From positions 1 through 64,000 of the forward strand of contig CAWCFT010000002.1 of the NCBI GenBank assembly GCA_963794945.1: a stretch of 64,000 nucleotides of DNA, written 5' to 3'. The notes beneath the pieces are model-generated. The model saw only the letters and a program-made list of their open reading frames with translations. It did not search any database and had not been told where the DNA came from. Each line of letters begins with the position of its first letter. Position 1 is the first letter of the stretch. This DNA is from Endomicrobiales bacterium. Lineage in GTDB: Bacteria; Elusimicrobiota; Endomicrobiia; Endomicrobiales; CAWCFT01. Below, one piece after another: positions 25,401 through 29,820 of the stretch. Position numbers and translations under genes: made by a program.

Positions 25401-25619
25401 TCTGATGACGGCTATATGTATGGGTTAGACACTGATGACGGGACACCCACTATCGCAGGTTTCCCTGTAGCTACAGGGGCTGAAATCAGATGCAGTCCAA
25501 TATATGATATAGGTTATTTAGATTCCCCGGACCATCATCCGTACAACGATTATTTAATATTCTGTTCAAACGATGGAAAAGTTTATTGCATCGATATACC
25601 GGATCCAAGCAGTCAATAG
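1..25619 (+). CDS. Giant extracellular/surface repeat protein (>=~8,500 aa, 5'-partial), reconstructed across 5 frameshifts: FN3/Ig-like repeats, propeller-like domains, 2 lamin-tail domains, C-terminal PQQ-type beta-propeller
   Basis: ORFs 782-9358, 9279-10595, 10640-12553, 12672-14105, 14263-16017 and 15885-25619 join by single-base changes at ~9325, ~10558, ~12549, ~13991 and ~15859. Each join restores a repeat or domain motif present elsewhere in the same protein, and the repeats continue to position 1. Confidence 0.85.
782..9358 (+). CDS. Fragment 1 of giant protein: 99-aa FN3/Ig-like tandem repeats, ~115-aa modules, two WTAxGxDG-type FN3 domains
   Basis: 2858-aa ORF with recurrent DTTPP...W...Y...YTWRVxxxDNALN motifs. 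The listed Met is internal to a repeat. Confidence 0.8.
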   Translation: MDNALNYTTSTVNLSVVVDTTPPPAVSSLTAPLNNLTTNQMTLNFSWGTVTDSPAGLKNYILEVSTSPNFSGIIISSWVVNNSATLTLNQSSYTWRVNAIDNALNYTTSTAVYFVTVDTTPPPAVATLNAPLNNLTTNQMTLTFGWSPVTDAPAGLANYILQVSTDPAFGVINYSSWVVTNSATLTLNQSSYTWRVNTMDNALNYTTSTVKYFVTVDTTPPPAVNALSTPLINLTTNQMTLNFSWAGVTDSPAGLANYILEVSTAPDFSGVITSSWVVNNSATLTLNQSSYTWRVNTIDNALNYTTSTVKYFVTVDTTPPPAVATLNTPLNNLTTNQMTLTFNWTGVSDAPAGLANYILEVSTDPAFGVINYSSWVVNNTATLTLNQSSYTWRVNTIDNALNYTTSTAVYFVTVATTSPSAVSSLTAPLNNLTTNQMTLNFSWAAVSGTGGGLADYILQVSTDPAFSVINYSSATPLTNATLTLIQSSYTWRVNTMDNALNYTTSTVKWSVVVDTTPPPAVSSLTAPLNNLTTNQMTLNFSWGTVTDSPAGLKNYILEVSTSPNFSGIIISSWVVNNSASLTLNQSSYTWRVNAIDNALNYTTSTAVYFVTVDTTPPPAVSSLTAPLNNLTTNQMSLTFNWTGVSDAPAGIANYILQVSTDPAFGVINYSSWVVTNSATLTLNQSSYTWRVNTIDNALNYTTSTAVYFVTVDTTPPTAVSTLNTPLNSLTTNQMTLNFSWAGVTDSPAGLANYILEVSTAPDFSGVITSSWVVNNSATLTLNQSSYTWRVNTIDNALNYTTSTVKYFVTVDTTPPPAVATLNTPLNNLTTNQMTLTFNWTGVSDAPAGLANYILEVSTDPAFGVINYSSWVVNNTATLTLNQSSYTWRVNTIDNALNYTTSTAVYFVTVATTSPSAVSSLTAPLNNLTTNQMTLNFSWSAVSGTGGGLADYILQISTDPAFSVINYSSATLLTNATLTINQSSYTWRVNTMDNALNYTTSTVKWSVVVDTTPPPAIASLTAPLNNLTTNQMTLNFSWGTVSDSPAGLKNYILEVSTSPNFSGIIISSWVVNNSASLTLNQSSYTWRVNAIDNALNYTTSTAVYFVTVDTTPPPAVATLNAPLNNLTTNQMTLTFGWSPVTDPPAGLANYILEVSTDPAFGVINYSSWVVNNTATLTLNQSSYTWRVNTMDNALNYTTSTVKYFVTVDTTPPTISNQIFPANGTKSNQLSQLFQWQTATDAFIGFQSYTLQLATSTDFGLISFSSTTLLTNATLSNLIQNIYYWRIEATDNVLNNSYSTTTFSITIDTTPPSVPVLSSPLNGTVTTQMNIIFITNPSDDSGVRGNSGISTYNFYISTDPAFSVFTASQSLAGVSFAQTLPSGIYFWRVNAVDGAGNYSGFSSNYSVNIDTFGPLIHDNQPNVTQWQNFGNMLYNVSFEDDLSLLNNVGYSIYSSSTVFNTSTQLVGWTAIAQNINAATYTNNFAINFNALPQNTTCFVAVSATDNLLLSTTYYNAFFVLKDTTNPTINDTQTGDNTWRSVNNGVYSVGFGDSGGSGLQRFDTRVMSGPLGSGTVIEDWTTNSTIIANTTYYNTPWPLNASTWANMPDGKSYVSVRALDNSYSAALGYNISFSTDAFYVLKDATPPIVINNQAGDTTWRNSNYQTYNVSFQDASSGSGISQFEVRASTIVYPQGASSPLCPWTVVATTSTYLYQQPWMLPQSVWNSLMPYVNNYIYVSVADAAGNVTTPNAYEFFVLQDTIPPTITDNISGGDNTWRLTNNGVYDVEFADLGGSNLNKFQLLASTVAYNTPPYVFGWTDSGVNIYNQSSFTSGFQMPNTLFNLLSQGTNYISVQVSDIAGSTTTLNSAFRILKDTITPFGIANAPTYSTSYTFNIPCTINYGGSGLKYLKLYYTTQTQAPYTYNLFTTTTAAPISFTAASEGIYGFQLITYNNCNQTSQQDPPSTNLAPQSTTYVDITPPAINNQQSGDDTWLNAPKSAGYSVYFNDTGSGLNTAQYIIRAGANSNSAVLKNWTNIFQSTNTASYNMNWPIDFSSCQSSFNYVSVSVWDMAGNTNTPSGYSFYVKKDTVAPNISYNEFAAGGDNTWRSVSRSGGYNVDFFDGLSGLSKAEYRVCSSSSDVTAVIADWQTIASGISSSTYATNWQPAFTSLVESTTNFIWVRLTDIAGNASTNYAFYIFKDTTPPFFINNKAAYDPLWYTGSRNYNVQLFDYASAGRFDKLNSLQYLANSQPALSGATLIPWTTAALLIDATSYTSGITISQFNLLNEGTNYISLLGSDLAGNTTTWADAFTIKKDITGPTIYNYQAGDGQWRGINNGLYSVYFQDLLSGVSNFQTVAYSGAGMTGQLLDNWRTVLSTQSAYFNQPWQLQNQTFNALQGGQNYISVKCFDAAGNSSVQNDVFYVLKDTVAPIVNNNQSVDNSWHNAGGTLYNVAFHDDGGSNLSYAQYQIYSAQDQSGTLIMPWTNIATAINTSDYTSPWSINFSSAVSGTNYVSVVAVDNAGNSTVSQDVFYVNVDTTPPAAITNLSITGTSQPEGQINMTWTAPGDDGNGGGAAVNYIVKYATFAITNAGGWAAASLYSSNWAPQNPGTTENRSITGLNILQTYSVAIITVDKAGNLSQLSNTVSPIAPGPDVTPPGVITNLTASPGTVAGQILLTWTAVGNDGYTGTATSYDLRWRNDIIINTSNWDNSTDYIQNPLWTPQSAGNTETELLNGFTIGTTYYFAMRVSDQSLNTSSTSNCGSSVPQVAQATNGEAVWGSGALPYSRAEYWQPPVWGALQSGATAAATIRWVKEASCPVLRNEKMVGVCNLVSGNVGNLYIQKWDGVNQVLGIWKPTWTD
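9279..10595 (+). CDS. Fragment 2 of giant protein: propeller-like domain (YDLAYEQQSGR, FDVAWE, DIAWE repeats)
   Basis: Paralogous to ~20300-21610 of the last fragment. Continuous with fragment 1 after removing one base at GTTCTG 9323-9328. Confidence 0.75.
   Translation: MWAIYTYKNGMASTKFWEYGSPLGQINSVASALDTRYRGYDLAYEQQSGRVLIAYYNGTTGHLSYSLWSSTANAYVQSGTLTMPGTTGLIRWVRLEPRPASNDIMLVAEDANDFISAVPWVNGSFDIAMSSSVGTSNISTRQSFDVAWETFNQRAMILYGSSNATYRTAFCMWSSSATQWTVGYSTGPNIGAASAWIKLAASPAASSNNIGLTSLDNSSHWNVGMWNGNIWSATGQPGEPTDATGMESSAVRGTDIAWEHDGSMCLANAVFASTSCFSFVAWNQTNGWYNINGTALNSLTNAQRDTYAFTAAGGYLESLTLYPDPSSNEIMFLCSDSQSGLDSRLWNGSGWTLGANLETSLSGTTAYESYAFAYNKQDNIPPTITDNMFGGDNTWRITNNGTYNVDFFDTGGSHLSLFQVMITSGPGKQAQSNRGGQL
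10640..12553 (+). CDS. Fragment 3 of giant protein: Ig/FN3-like modules
   Basis: Same YYWRVxAxDxAGN and NYVSV motifs; flanked by frameshifts at ~10558 and ~12549. Confidence 0.75.
   Translation: MPNSVFNNLEQGINYVSVEAQDMAFNATTIVDAFRIYKDTVPPTVPALILPANSAILTNINPLLGWSTSTDATSGVNNYTVQVSTDPINFTPLVYSNTLSVSQSTITPSINSDVYYWRVQAQDVAGNYSAYSSTYSIMIDTIPPVIVNNTAPDYVWHASSGQVYSVNFYDPLSNLNHPLSMLTTAYYKIFTSTGMSGIQITPWTPINTQIISSTSYATNWQLRSSDWNLLQNGTNYVSVRADDLAGNTSWWTDAFFVRKDTVPPSVPLLTSPTNGTYQSSSTVTFAWAQAIDINSGINSYDIYVSTSQLFGVYSSSANTTQNSQSIALASQGAFYWQVRAKDNAGNYSVWSSTSLVLIDTSPPAIPLLVSPSSNTITNATQFTFNWSDSYGGGAGLEYYVFNMSTSPYFTNLSASALPTTSYYTLPGSLTSGIYYWRVMAQDNAGWYSLWSSTYSVMVDTTAPAISNFEAGGDHTWRNAIEPGGYNVDFAKANLATLNNIEYSVYSQPAQGGTAVINWTTVTSTYSPYSPAFVPPLNQYFYTLNFGVNFNLLANGTNYISVMASDLAGNTSTWIDAFVILKDVTPPTLTNLVSGDYAWRNSSGTLYNVQLNDTGSGLSKFQIMISTSNTAAPLLGWF
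12672..14105 (+). CDS. Fragment 4 of giant protein: ~115-aa modules
   Basis: KDTxPP...NYVSV...DAF motifs; the tail goes out of frame after GTTCTG 13989-13994. Confidence 0.75.
   Translation: MAGNTSTYSNVFFILKDTIPPTGIDNETINRGWFASDPGPIWFVNFFDTPIPGRNPGSSMLNSVSYRIKTSTEGVILDWTPVATNLNTTYYVTPFAINFNAAIPGINHVDVMASNFAGNTTVFIDAFTVEKDSTVPLIQVMFATNTVTWINSSQLYSVNFYSQGPSNLSSIQYAVNDNPGFTGTNLIPWTDIATPPLNAPSYTTPWHVAFSQLENGGTNYVSVRAWNLTGSTATIIDAFRVLKDVTNPTISDPMYGGDTVWRSTPAAGGYNVNFFDGPPNGSLLNSFQLKVTSGPAQTGSVYQNWGSSETLNIGTTYYINSWQLSNNTWSNMQQGYNYVSALVYDYAGNSNELTDAFFVLKDTTPPQITDNQTGDNTWRSSNTGVYSVSFVDTGGSNLQRFEVSASTSASGYPLLNTWTTVQYNINSGSYNTPWQMPASVLAKPALGCYRLYIRPRVRQCGSGKFIGNCHAGILCSG
14263..16017 (+). CDS. Fragment 5 of giant protein: ~115-aa modules
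   Basis: Same module motifs; the frame is open back to ~13992 and shifts again at ~15859. Confidence 0.75.
   Translation: MTGTQVCGWTSMFSGLQLATTNVIWNPGISNWNLLAAGTNYIYLRAWDIAGSTNTLPDYAFTVRKDTFGPTIINDVNGYNTWLSQDPGQIWNTGFADTLSGLATAYYVINSGPALSGQNITPNIQLFAFAGAGISTTNVNFALPVSTFSLLSEGTSYVTVTAFDNLGNQTTFYDIFYIRKDTEAPSCQVIQSSYTAHNQQDLNSINVQFFDKGGSGLNSIQYRICPSTGNGTAYILDWTNIQAPPVGTTSYVQPWTIPFYPLPNNTTSYVSIQASDLAGNTTLYVDAFRIYKVAIGPEIVDNQIGDNTWRNTLAGVTYNVNFVSNSGLNLDKFGIMVTTTTDGSGVNYTTWSVIASNIGAQNYLSSWQIQPDSYFFNTWPQGKNYVHVQVSDLVPSSTTLYNAFYILKDTAPPFITNLQQNATFYASLAGISYNVNFADAGIGISTAQYMVSYSSTDPLDTQLMPWTTIFSSAPQPSFTNSWQVNFASLAQWATNYVSVRCFDGLGYETTSFAVFTILKDTTPPNAFSLLSPLTAPPLITRWYLSHGIQLLTTAHPELMITGCRFPHLPHLCRLYLTPTQQAHP
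15885..25619 (+). CDS. Fragment 6 (C-terminal) of giant protein: FN3/Ig modules, propeller-like domain, two lamin-tail domains, PQQ/BamB-like beta-propeller
   Basis: 3244-aa ORF. INEVCP...WVELYN and INEINY...IELYN are LTD-like (~22650-23530). WTYQTNGPIRTSPVV...VYFGSDDGYMYGL is PQQ-like (~24500-25600). Confidence 0.85.
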   Translation: MVSFSWNSTADNGPSGINDYRLQVSTSASFVPVILDTYTTGTSINSVNLVNSSTYYWRACAFDNAGNQSTFTGPWSFIIDTTPPTVPILVSPLNGMPTDQVSIAFSWSAQDIGPSGIKNYEITISTSITDFFACYDSITVQDPVSVTLALGANTYYWKVKATDNAMNSSVYSSTSVFFVDLAAPQISSNSVSGGDLTWRNSAKTGGYNVSFADPAGLLNAYYTIYTGPGMTGSMCKDWTPIFTNLNQTTYTQSWQVDFTSLQEGGTNFVSVKLADTLGHSATYYDIFFVLVDLTKPYFINNMPGGSDSTWRSSDPGAVYNVNFFDLPANGSKLSKLQTQCVTASGQTLWNWTDTITNMNTTSYYNNWDVFFSSCVEGQNYISLQIFDNASNSQQLPNAFFVLKDTTPPVISTGSWAQNQWYGIPPTVNIGFSDAASGSGVQSFSVITSTAPNIPASNWTLVQTTSTYSYTANWQIPQTVFNSMASGTTNYFWVKASDFALNVTTCPQAFIVMKDTSGVTIVNGEAAGQDSVWRSTSTVRSYNVNFVSLGQSPLVSVQYTAYTQPNRQGTMLFDWKGIPEFTGSGTSFNNWHIGAMDFASLVEYTTNYISVQCTSLSGSATTYNDVFFVKKDTTAPTAPSLTQPLNASATNQTTVPFGWLASSDLSSGTTLYYMAVSTAPDFSSVIFSSYTSSLLVRAVLPQSTYYWKAEAKDAANNWSSYSSPWTVIVDTTPPNTFALSSPLDGLTTNYISPQFSWSSTTDSGPSGLSYYRLDVSTSTTFVPLYLSSSTLSTSYTLNFQQSATYYWQVKAFDNAGNSVNSNSFRTIVIDTIAPAAPLLTSPINNFTTNYSNVTLTWAATGYDLTPINNYVVQLSTTANFSTVYSSASTSSTTYSATLSVSSTYFWQVTAYDTAGNFSTNNNIYNIIFDTIPPSQGSLLSPSSGTCTNTNLINFSWNTSTDYGPAGTAGYELRTSTDPAMSIYVSSITLLTQASLSYPQGLYYWKVRAYDRAFNYGLFSSTWSVIIDTTGPTQISSLTAPLNNLTTNQMTLNFSWGAISESPAGMKNYILQVSTDPAFSIVNYSSWVVLNSAAITLNQSSYTWRVNAMDNALNYTTSTAKYFVTVDTTPPQITFNQGNTTGWINSSTMTGIGFADSLVGVMISSYTAWTGPHNSGSNEINWTTIFSSSPALAVYSSPWAVNFNLLAPGTNYISLVSQNAAGNITGLTDAFLILKDTIPPASITNLSSYQGTWPTDNAGSVTLSWAAPSDDGLTDISNKAVSGYLVKYSTFNFTSTAAFLASNATFYQIWSPQQPSATETHDVTGLFEGATYFIGIIPIDKAGNYSNSISTTSNWALRVPPGQITTLNATTGSFPGEVNLTWMDPGDNYYVGTSSGYVVKYATFSITSNALFAAATTFAQTWTPQAASTYEQYVVNGLNPGTSYYFAMEAYDAASNYSVISNTVSAASGSSGATSGIITYGDATSGSPASPSYREWVAANSIYNPNPPAAPYRAQAAASTIRYVRLQSCNVLRDQKMMGVLTYNGNTAPNGDLYLQLWDGTANGGAGGWTSLGMINSSEGNMYSTYRGFDLAYEQNSGRVLVSYFNGTTGKLSYQVWSSTQGAFVGSGTLNCGTLTGSIYWVKLKSRPGSDQIMVAASDSNSALFGGIWNGPTNSWIVSSTKTFSTALSTGTKQCFDIAWENQSGRGMILWGTGTTTDFALWSSTANVWLSTGIAAVNIGVAENWASLAADPISNRIGFSSIDSSKHWYTDIWTGTAWNTASELSTTLETNNARCADIAWENNSGNCIAVCVNVSSTSMEWSESSAGGAWSALAKDSAYNWSAYIAYLELISDPNTNKIIATGIDISGSLRTRNWSSGWSGGSSLCDTVSGWTDGTLPSYMPAQLALDLQDDVPPIITVTGQTPLQGVWINNNNAEIFSAVTFTDSGGSHLAQLNSAVYTGPQLGGAALKSFTAGSPEITGMNTDSYSTPWSLSATTFNLLQRGQNNYVSLQVSDGAGNTTKSYDVFTVWKDTEPPQISSTTVNYGWQNAGVTYSNISIADQPGLSGLGAVQYCAYTSSANAGTQVLNWTNLPISTGSTSAYTGFTIAFNLLAANTNYISMRAWDVAGNTTTVTDFFTVLKDTQPPSTPSDFTATLGPYRGTVLLTWTAPGDDGAYGNNYTGNYIIKYATYSISSVALFNASTTFIQYTPAVPAGSPDSLTLSGLATGTTFYFALESTNKANNVSGVAYSGGIMPRASNIYINEVCPTASGSNNWVELYNNTSSSFSLTGCQLYYKQGTIASSVSETSVWTGGTGLSIASGTFVVIPGLTLNGSASYTVDLRDSLNRVIDQVQWPVMPSGYSYSRISDGNANFFEANPTPTMGYANSVSTGVVCINEINYASSLQTIELYNTSSTTQTLVNYIIRNSNGVPFRFTRTIPPYGFSGFDSSSVDNSGNSWTACFGASGLKPTADFIALVSSPSGQVIDRVTWNAGSNNNYLNYQTVGVPFDMPANGGISSPNTIGRYPDGANTFNNKNDFSVYSAPSFGGRNYNPTPLASNSVDYPATGTRLPAAFKIDTALGSNVSAGYNNAIWFVRTGGTADGKSPHIFRLQDIGFNLSSLTAQTTIQIGSALSDFDGNKLINGTIYSVIYNIDNGTSAAPQITVNSVYYDATISSAVVYPIMFQQVNNGAIAGVYRIDITNNAQSGGNNIQLYDVKARFTDGSGNPLNETQVQNLITNVCLVADNLVYGTLGTYQPAIDTGTLASVSGNFITVDSSGSMDIPVAMPQGSLSTIAPQQTQTYFLGVTMANNASNQSPNTFRVKMIPGTETIWRDAPSLVTQPTNAGAEVFVPSPYIIAPASAPAGSVYPLPVSQPGKTLAVFGQPYIDGAINNNYAASSDGNIYMVSDNGSSMWTFNAGGAVTTIYDSNLEEDAPYLYAGTNSGLLYKLQNNGSSVSQVWQYPLNLGSAVSSDITYYGGTANTPYLYVGTNDGHLYKIDNGGNLVSGWITSPGINGGMFGYPVIDPSTTLNDNGVWLGTSGGSFYRVNNGDNGSITASSTTAPSIHTSPFLTVGSSTHLIYYGDDSGTLRCRYASNLNSIPAGWTDVHVSSPIRSSPYVDSGYPGATNAIYFGCDNGKFYKVDVSSGGIYWTYQTNGPIRTSPVVGNNDDVYFGSDDGYMYGLDTDDGTPTIAGFPVATGAEIRCSPIYDIGYLDSPDHHPYNDYLIFCSNDGKVYCIDIPDPSSQ

Positions 25620-25652
25620 AAAAGTATAGCAGTCTAAAAAGGTGGAACAAAC

Positions 25653-28229
25653 ATGAATATAATATTTATTAAAACACATCTCATTAAAATCTTAGTTGCT
25701 CCGATGTTCATAGGTTACTGGCTGATGAGCACCGGCAGCTGTAGCTATGCAGCGTCGTGGCCGCTTTTCAGAGGAACACCCCAAAGAACTGGGGTGCTCA
25801 TCGAGCAGGCCAGGCCGCCGCTTGTACCTCAATGGAACTTCCAGATACAAACCGGTTTTGTTTCTTCGCCGGTTGTATACAAAGGGATACTGTACTGCGG
25901 AGGGAGGGACAACAACATCTGGGCTCTTAATGCATATACCGGCGCCCAAGTATGGCACTGCCCAACCGGCGGCTGGACAGACGCAACCCCTTGCGTAACA
26001 TCTTCCACTGTTTACGTGCCTTGCAAGGACCAGAATATTTACGCCATCAACAGGCTGACAGGCAACGTTATATGGCAAACTAACACAGGTACAACCGACT
26101 GCTCATCTCCGGTTCTTTACGGAGGGAACCTCTATTTCCTCTCCGGTTACCCGGGCACGAAACTCTACTGTATCAACGCGTCTAACGGCAATATGGTAAA
26201 GGCCATCAATATCAGCAATTTCGGGTTCTCATCTCCCTCAGTAAGCGTCAGTGACAACCTTATGTTCTTTGGAACGAATGACGGATTGTTCCAATGCGTC
26301 GACCTTCAGAGTGGCACCCTAGCTTCCGGATGGGCCAAACCGACACAGGGTAATATTTCTTTCTGCTCGTTCGCGGTTGATGATAACTATGTATACGCGG
26401 TTTCCGGTGGCGATGAACAAAGGCTTTATTGTTTCACGCATGCGGGTTCACAGGTTTGGAGGTCAGCCCAATTCAACGGCAACACGGCCGCGGTATCGTC
26501 AGCCACGCTGGGCCAGGGAAAGATTTTTGTCGCGTCGTCGTTCGTGAATGGAACAGTGACCACCCTCAACCTTCTCTCGTTCGACAGCCTGGGAACCGGC
26601 GCCCCGGACCCGACCAACGTCGCTCCTCAATGGTCAACTACTATTGGACAGCCGCACCCTTCAGGCATTATCTCGTCGCCATCCTGCGCCGACGGCACTA
26701 TATACATCGGTTCTGGTGACGGCAGGCTGTACTGCGTGGATTCATCCAGCGGTTCATATATCGAGCCTGGAACAGGCAACCTTACAGCTACTCCAACAGG
26801 CTATTACCTCAGCTTTAACGGCAGTGTGTCAACGGGCATAGTCAGCTCGCCATGCGTTTCCAACGGGTGGGTATATGTCAACACGTATGACGGTAACATG
26901 TGGGGTCTTCAGGCCCAGAACGCACTTTACATCTCAAACCCAGATAATAGCGACCTTGTAGTCAACGTCGCTACGATATGCGGCTCAACACAAGGTTTGG
27001 GAACAAGCGGATTCGAGCTTGACTATGCGCCTGGATCATCACCAACAACATGGACCCACTGCTAACCTCCACCAATGCAGCCGCAGGCCAGGCACTCGCC
27101 GTGTGGAACACGAGATCGCTCAAGGATGGCACTTACAGTGTCAGGATGACCGCCCTTGGCAACTCTTCTCAAAGGGCAATAAACAGTTTTTCAATAAACA
27201 ACTCTCCTCCGCCTCCGACAAATCTTGTCGCTGTCGACACACCTTTCGACGGCGGCGGAAGCCTTACACTTAGCTGGCAGGTCTCGGGTGACGACGGAGC
27301 CGGGAACAACGATGTCGCAGGCTATAACATATATAAGAGCACTTTTAGCGGCGGTTTTGTCTATCTGGCGCACGTGCTTAAAGGGGTGACAACTTATATA
27401 GACAACGCCTGCCCGGTGTATACAACATTTTACTACACGGTGACAGCGCTGGACGCCGTTTCTGAATCTGATTTCTCCAACGTGGCATGGGCGTTCTCGC
27501 TGGCTGACGGTGTCCTTATAACGCCCGCGAACGGCGGTGTTGTGACAATTACCGTTAACGGCCTTACAACCGAAGCGGACTTTCCGCCGGGAGCCGTAGC
27601 TTCTAATGTCTGGGCCGGCATACTGATACCTGCTAGCTATTCGAACACTGGCGTGCCGGCATCAGCAAAATCCACGAGTCAAGTAAGGATATTCGGTGTG
27701 AACCCAAGCACTACAAAGTTCCTTAAACCAGTTATAATTAAGATGCCGTACTATCCTTCAGAACATAGTCAATATGAACAAAACAAACCTGAGAATTTAT
27801 TGGTGGGACGCAAGCAAGAATGTTTGGAGCGTCCTCAACACGTCCGATCCAAACAGCGAGAACGGGCGCGTGTGGGCAAGCCTTAACTATTTTTCGCCAG
27901 CTTCGATATACCGGATAATGCAGTATGTTCCTGGCCATGAACCTTTAATTTTGGGAGACAGGGTGTATACTTATCCGAACCCGGCATTGGGCAGTACGCT
28001 TACTTTCAAGTATTACCTTGGAGATATCGCCGATGTTTATATCGATGTGTACAGCGTCTCGGGCCAGCTTATAGCGCACCTGGAAAAACCAAACAACCCG
28101 GCCGGAATAGTTTCAGAGCTGCCGTGGGATATTTCTAAAAAGGCCAGCGGTGTGTATATTTTCAGGATCGAAGCAAGGACAAGCTCTGAAACCAGATCGT
28201 TAAAAAAGAAGCTGGCGATAGTGCATTAA
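25653..28229 (+). CDS. Secreted PQQ-type beta-propeller + FN3 protein with C-terminal T9SS type A sorting / FlgD-Ig-like domain (~858 aa after joining 3 ORFs)
   Basis: Signal peptide, then WPLFRGTPQRTG and SSPVV...GRDNNIWALNAYTG repeats; C-terminus YTYPNP...LPWD...ASGVYIFRIEA...KKLAIVH. Frameshifts at ~27055 (-1) and 27759-27764 (+1). Confidence 0.8.
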
Positions 28230-28262
28230 TTCAGCTATAAGTGGTAGGTAGGTGGAGAATAT

Positions 28263-29390
28263 ATGAGAAGTTTGAAAGTATTAAATTATCTCTATCAGGA
28301 GTTTAAATTTAAACGCAGTTTACTTGCGGCTATCCTGATCTTTATAATCTATTTACTCTCGGCTTATATTCTGCCGCTTAAGGCTGACGTCCAAATAGGC
28401 CCTAATGCCGGAACGACTTCTGCTACTTTCCTTAAATACGGCATAGGCTCTAGAGCGGTAGCCATGGGAAGCGCTTTCGGAGGCCTTGCTGATGATATGA
28501 CAGCAATGTATTGGAACCCGGCCGGCCTTGCGCAGCTTCAAACCAGCGAGATCAGCATTACCCACGACGAATCTTTTGAAGGCCTCAGGCACGATTTCGC
28601 TGGCTACGCCTTCCCTTATAAAGGAGGAGTGCTGGCTGCCGCCGTATACGGCCTCTATACCCCAACAGACAATGAGCTCCGTTCAGGCCTCAACGAGAAC
28701 GACCCGTATTACCCGATCTCGCCAGTTGAAGGACTCTTCCAGGCCTACGACGTCGCGGCGCATGTGTCTTACGCCCGCTGGTTCGGCAATAATCTTTCGT
28801 TCGGCGCTTCGCTTAAATACATACAACAAACCATATATGTTTATAACGCGTGGAGCGTCGCGGCCGACATCGGTTCCCTGTACAAATTCAAGACCCTGCC
28901 GCTAAGCTTTGGACTATCCATTCAAAACATTGGACAACCCATAAAATTCATATCACAGGCCTACGACCTCCCGCTAAACATCAGGTTCGGTTCTGCTTAT
29001 AAATTCAATAAAAAGCTCACGGCGACGCTTGACTTGAACCAGCCGAATGACGACTACCTGTCACTTTCTGCCGGCGCAGAATTCTGGCCGACAGATCTTT
29101 TTGCGATCAGGGCGGGGTACAGCTACAGGATGAACGGCAATGAGCTGGGGGACACCTACGGTTTGTCGGCAGGAACCGGCTTTAATTTTAAATTGAGGAA
29201 TATGGTATTGAAAGTCGATTATGCTTTTGTCCCATACAGCGTGCTTGGAAACTCACAAAGAGTGACGATCAGCATGGCGTTCGGAAACCCTAAACCTGTT
29301 ACACTTCCTCAAACCGCGGCACCTATTGCTCAGCGGAAACAAGCTGTAACGATACAGGCTTCAGCTCATTCGCCGATCGTGTCTGCCTAA
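28263..29390 (+). CDS. PorV/PorQ-family (UPF0164/FadL-like) outer-membrane beta-barrel
   Basis: ATFLKYGIGSRAVAMGSAF...AMYWNPAGLA N-terminal motif; GLSIQNIG, LRFG-type strands, AIRAGY, DYAFVPYSVLG. Confidence 0.85.
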   Translation: MRSLKVLNYLYQEFKFKRSLLAAILIFIIYLLSAYILPLKADVQIGPNAGTTSATFLKYGIGSRAVAMGSAFGGLADDMTAMYWNPAGLAQLQTSEISITHDESFEGLRHDFAGYAFPYKGGVLAAAVYGLYTPTDNELRSGLNENDPYYPISPVEGLFQAYDVAAHVSYARWFGNNLSFGASLKYIQQTIYVYNAWSVAADIGSLYKFKTLPLSFGLSIQNIGQPIKFISQAYDLPLNIRFGSAYKFNKKLTATLDLNQPNDDYLSLSAGAEFWPTDLFAIRAGYSYRMNGNELGDTYGLSAGTGFNFKLRNMVLKVDYAFVPYSVLGNSQRVTISMAFGNPKPVTLPQTAAPIAQRKQAVTIQASAHSPIVSA

Positions 29391-29436
29391 AGATTCAGCC
29401 CCTATAATACCTTCACTTTCTACAACCGCTTTCAAA

Positions 29437-29820
29437 ATGTTCGATGTTGATATCGACCTCAAGCGCAGGATGGCTGGCAGGCAGCAGTCGATGTATGTTA
29501 TGACAGGGAAAACCGACGGAAGCGATATAGTCTATCTTGAAGGAACGATCAAAACCGAAGGCACCGACCTATCTTTGGCGATTGGGGAAAAGTCCGGGGA
29601 AGGCAATGTTTACAAACATTTCCTGTTCGTGGAAAATAGCGGCTCGCCGGTTTACAAGATCGTATGCAAGGTACGGGTTCCGAAAATCATCAAGAACCCT
29701 GTCTTGAAGACTGAAGAAGGGGTAGAGATCAAGGCCCAGAAGACGCTTGAAGACGATAATTACGCGTATTATAAATTCTTCACCAACGCATTCAAGCCGT
29801 TCAGAGTAGAATCAAAATAA
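29437..29820 (+). CDS. Hypothetical protein, probably the frameshifted C-terminal extension of the PorV-family gene (joined ~518 aa)
   Basis: No SD before 29437. The frame is open upstream through a Pro/Ala/Ser linker, and a +1 shift near GTCTG 29381-29385 joins it to the PorV frame. Confidence 0.5.
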   Translation: MFDVDIDLKRRMAGRQQSMYVMTGKTDGSDIVYLEGTIKTEGTDLSLAIGEKSGEGNVYKHFLFVENSGSPVYKIVCKVRVPKIIKNPVLKTEEGVEIKAQKTLEDDNYAYYKFFTNAFKPFRVESK

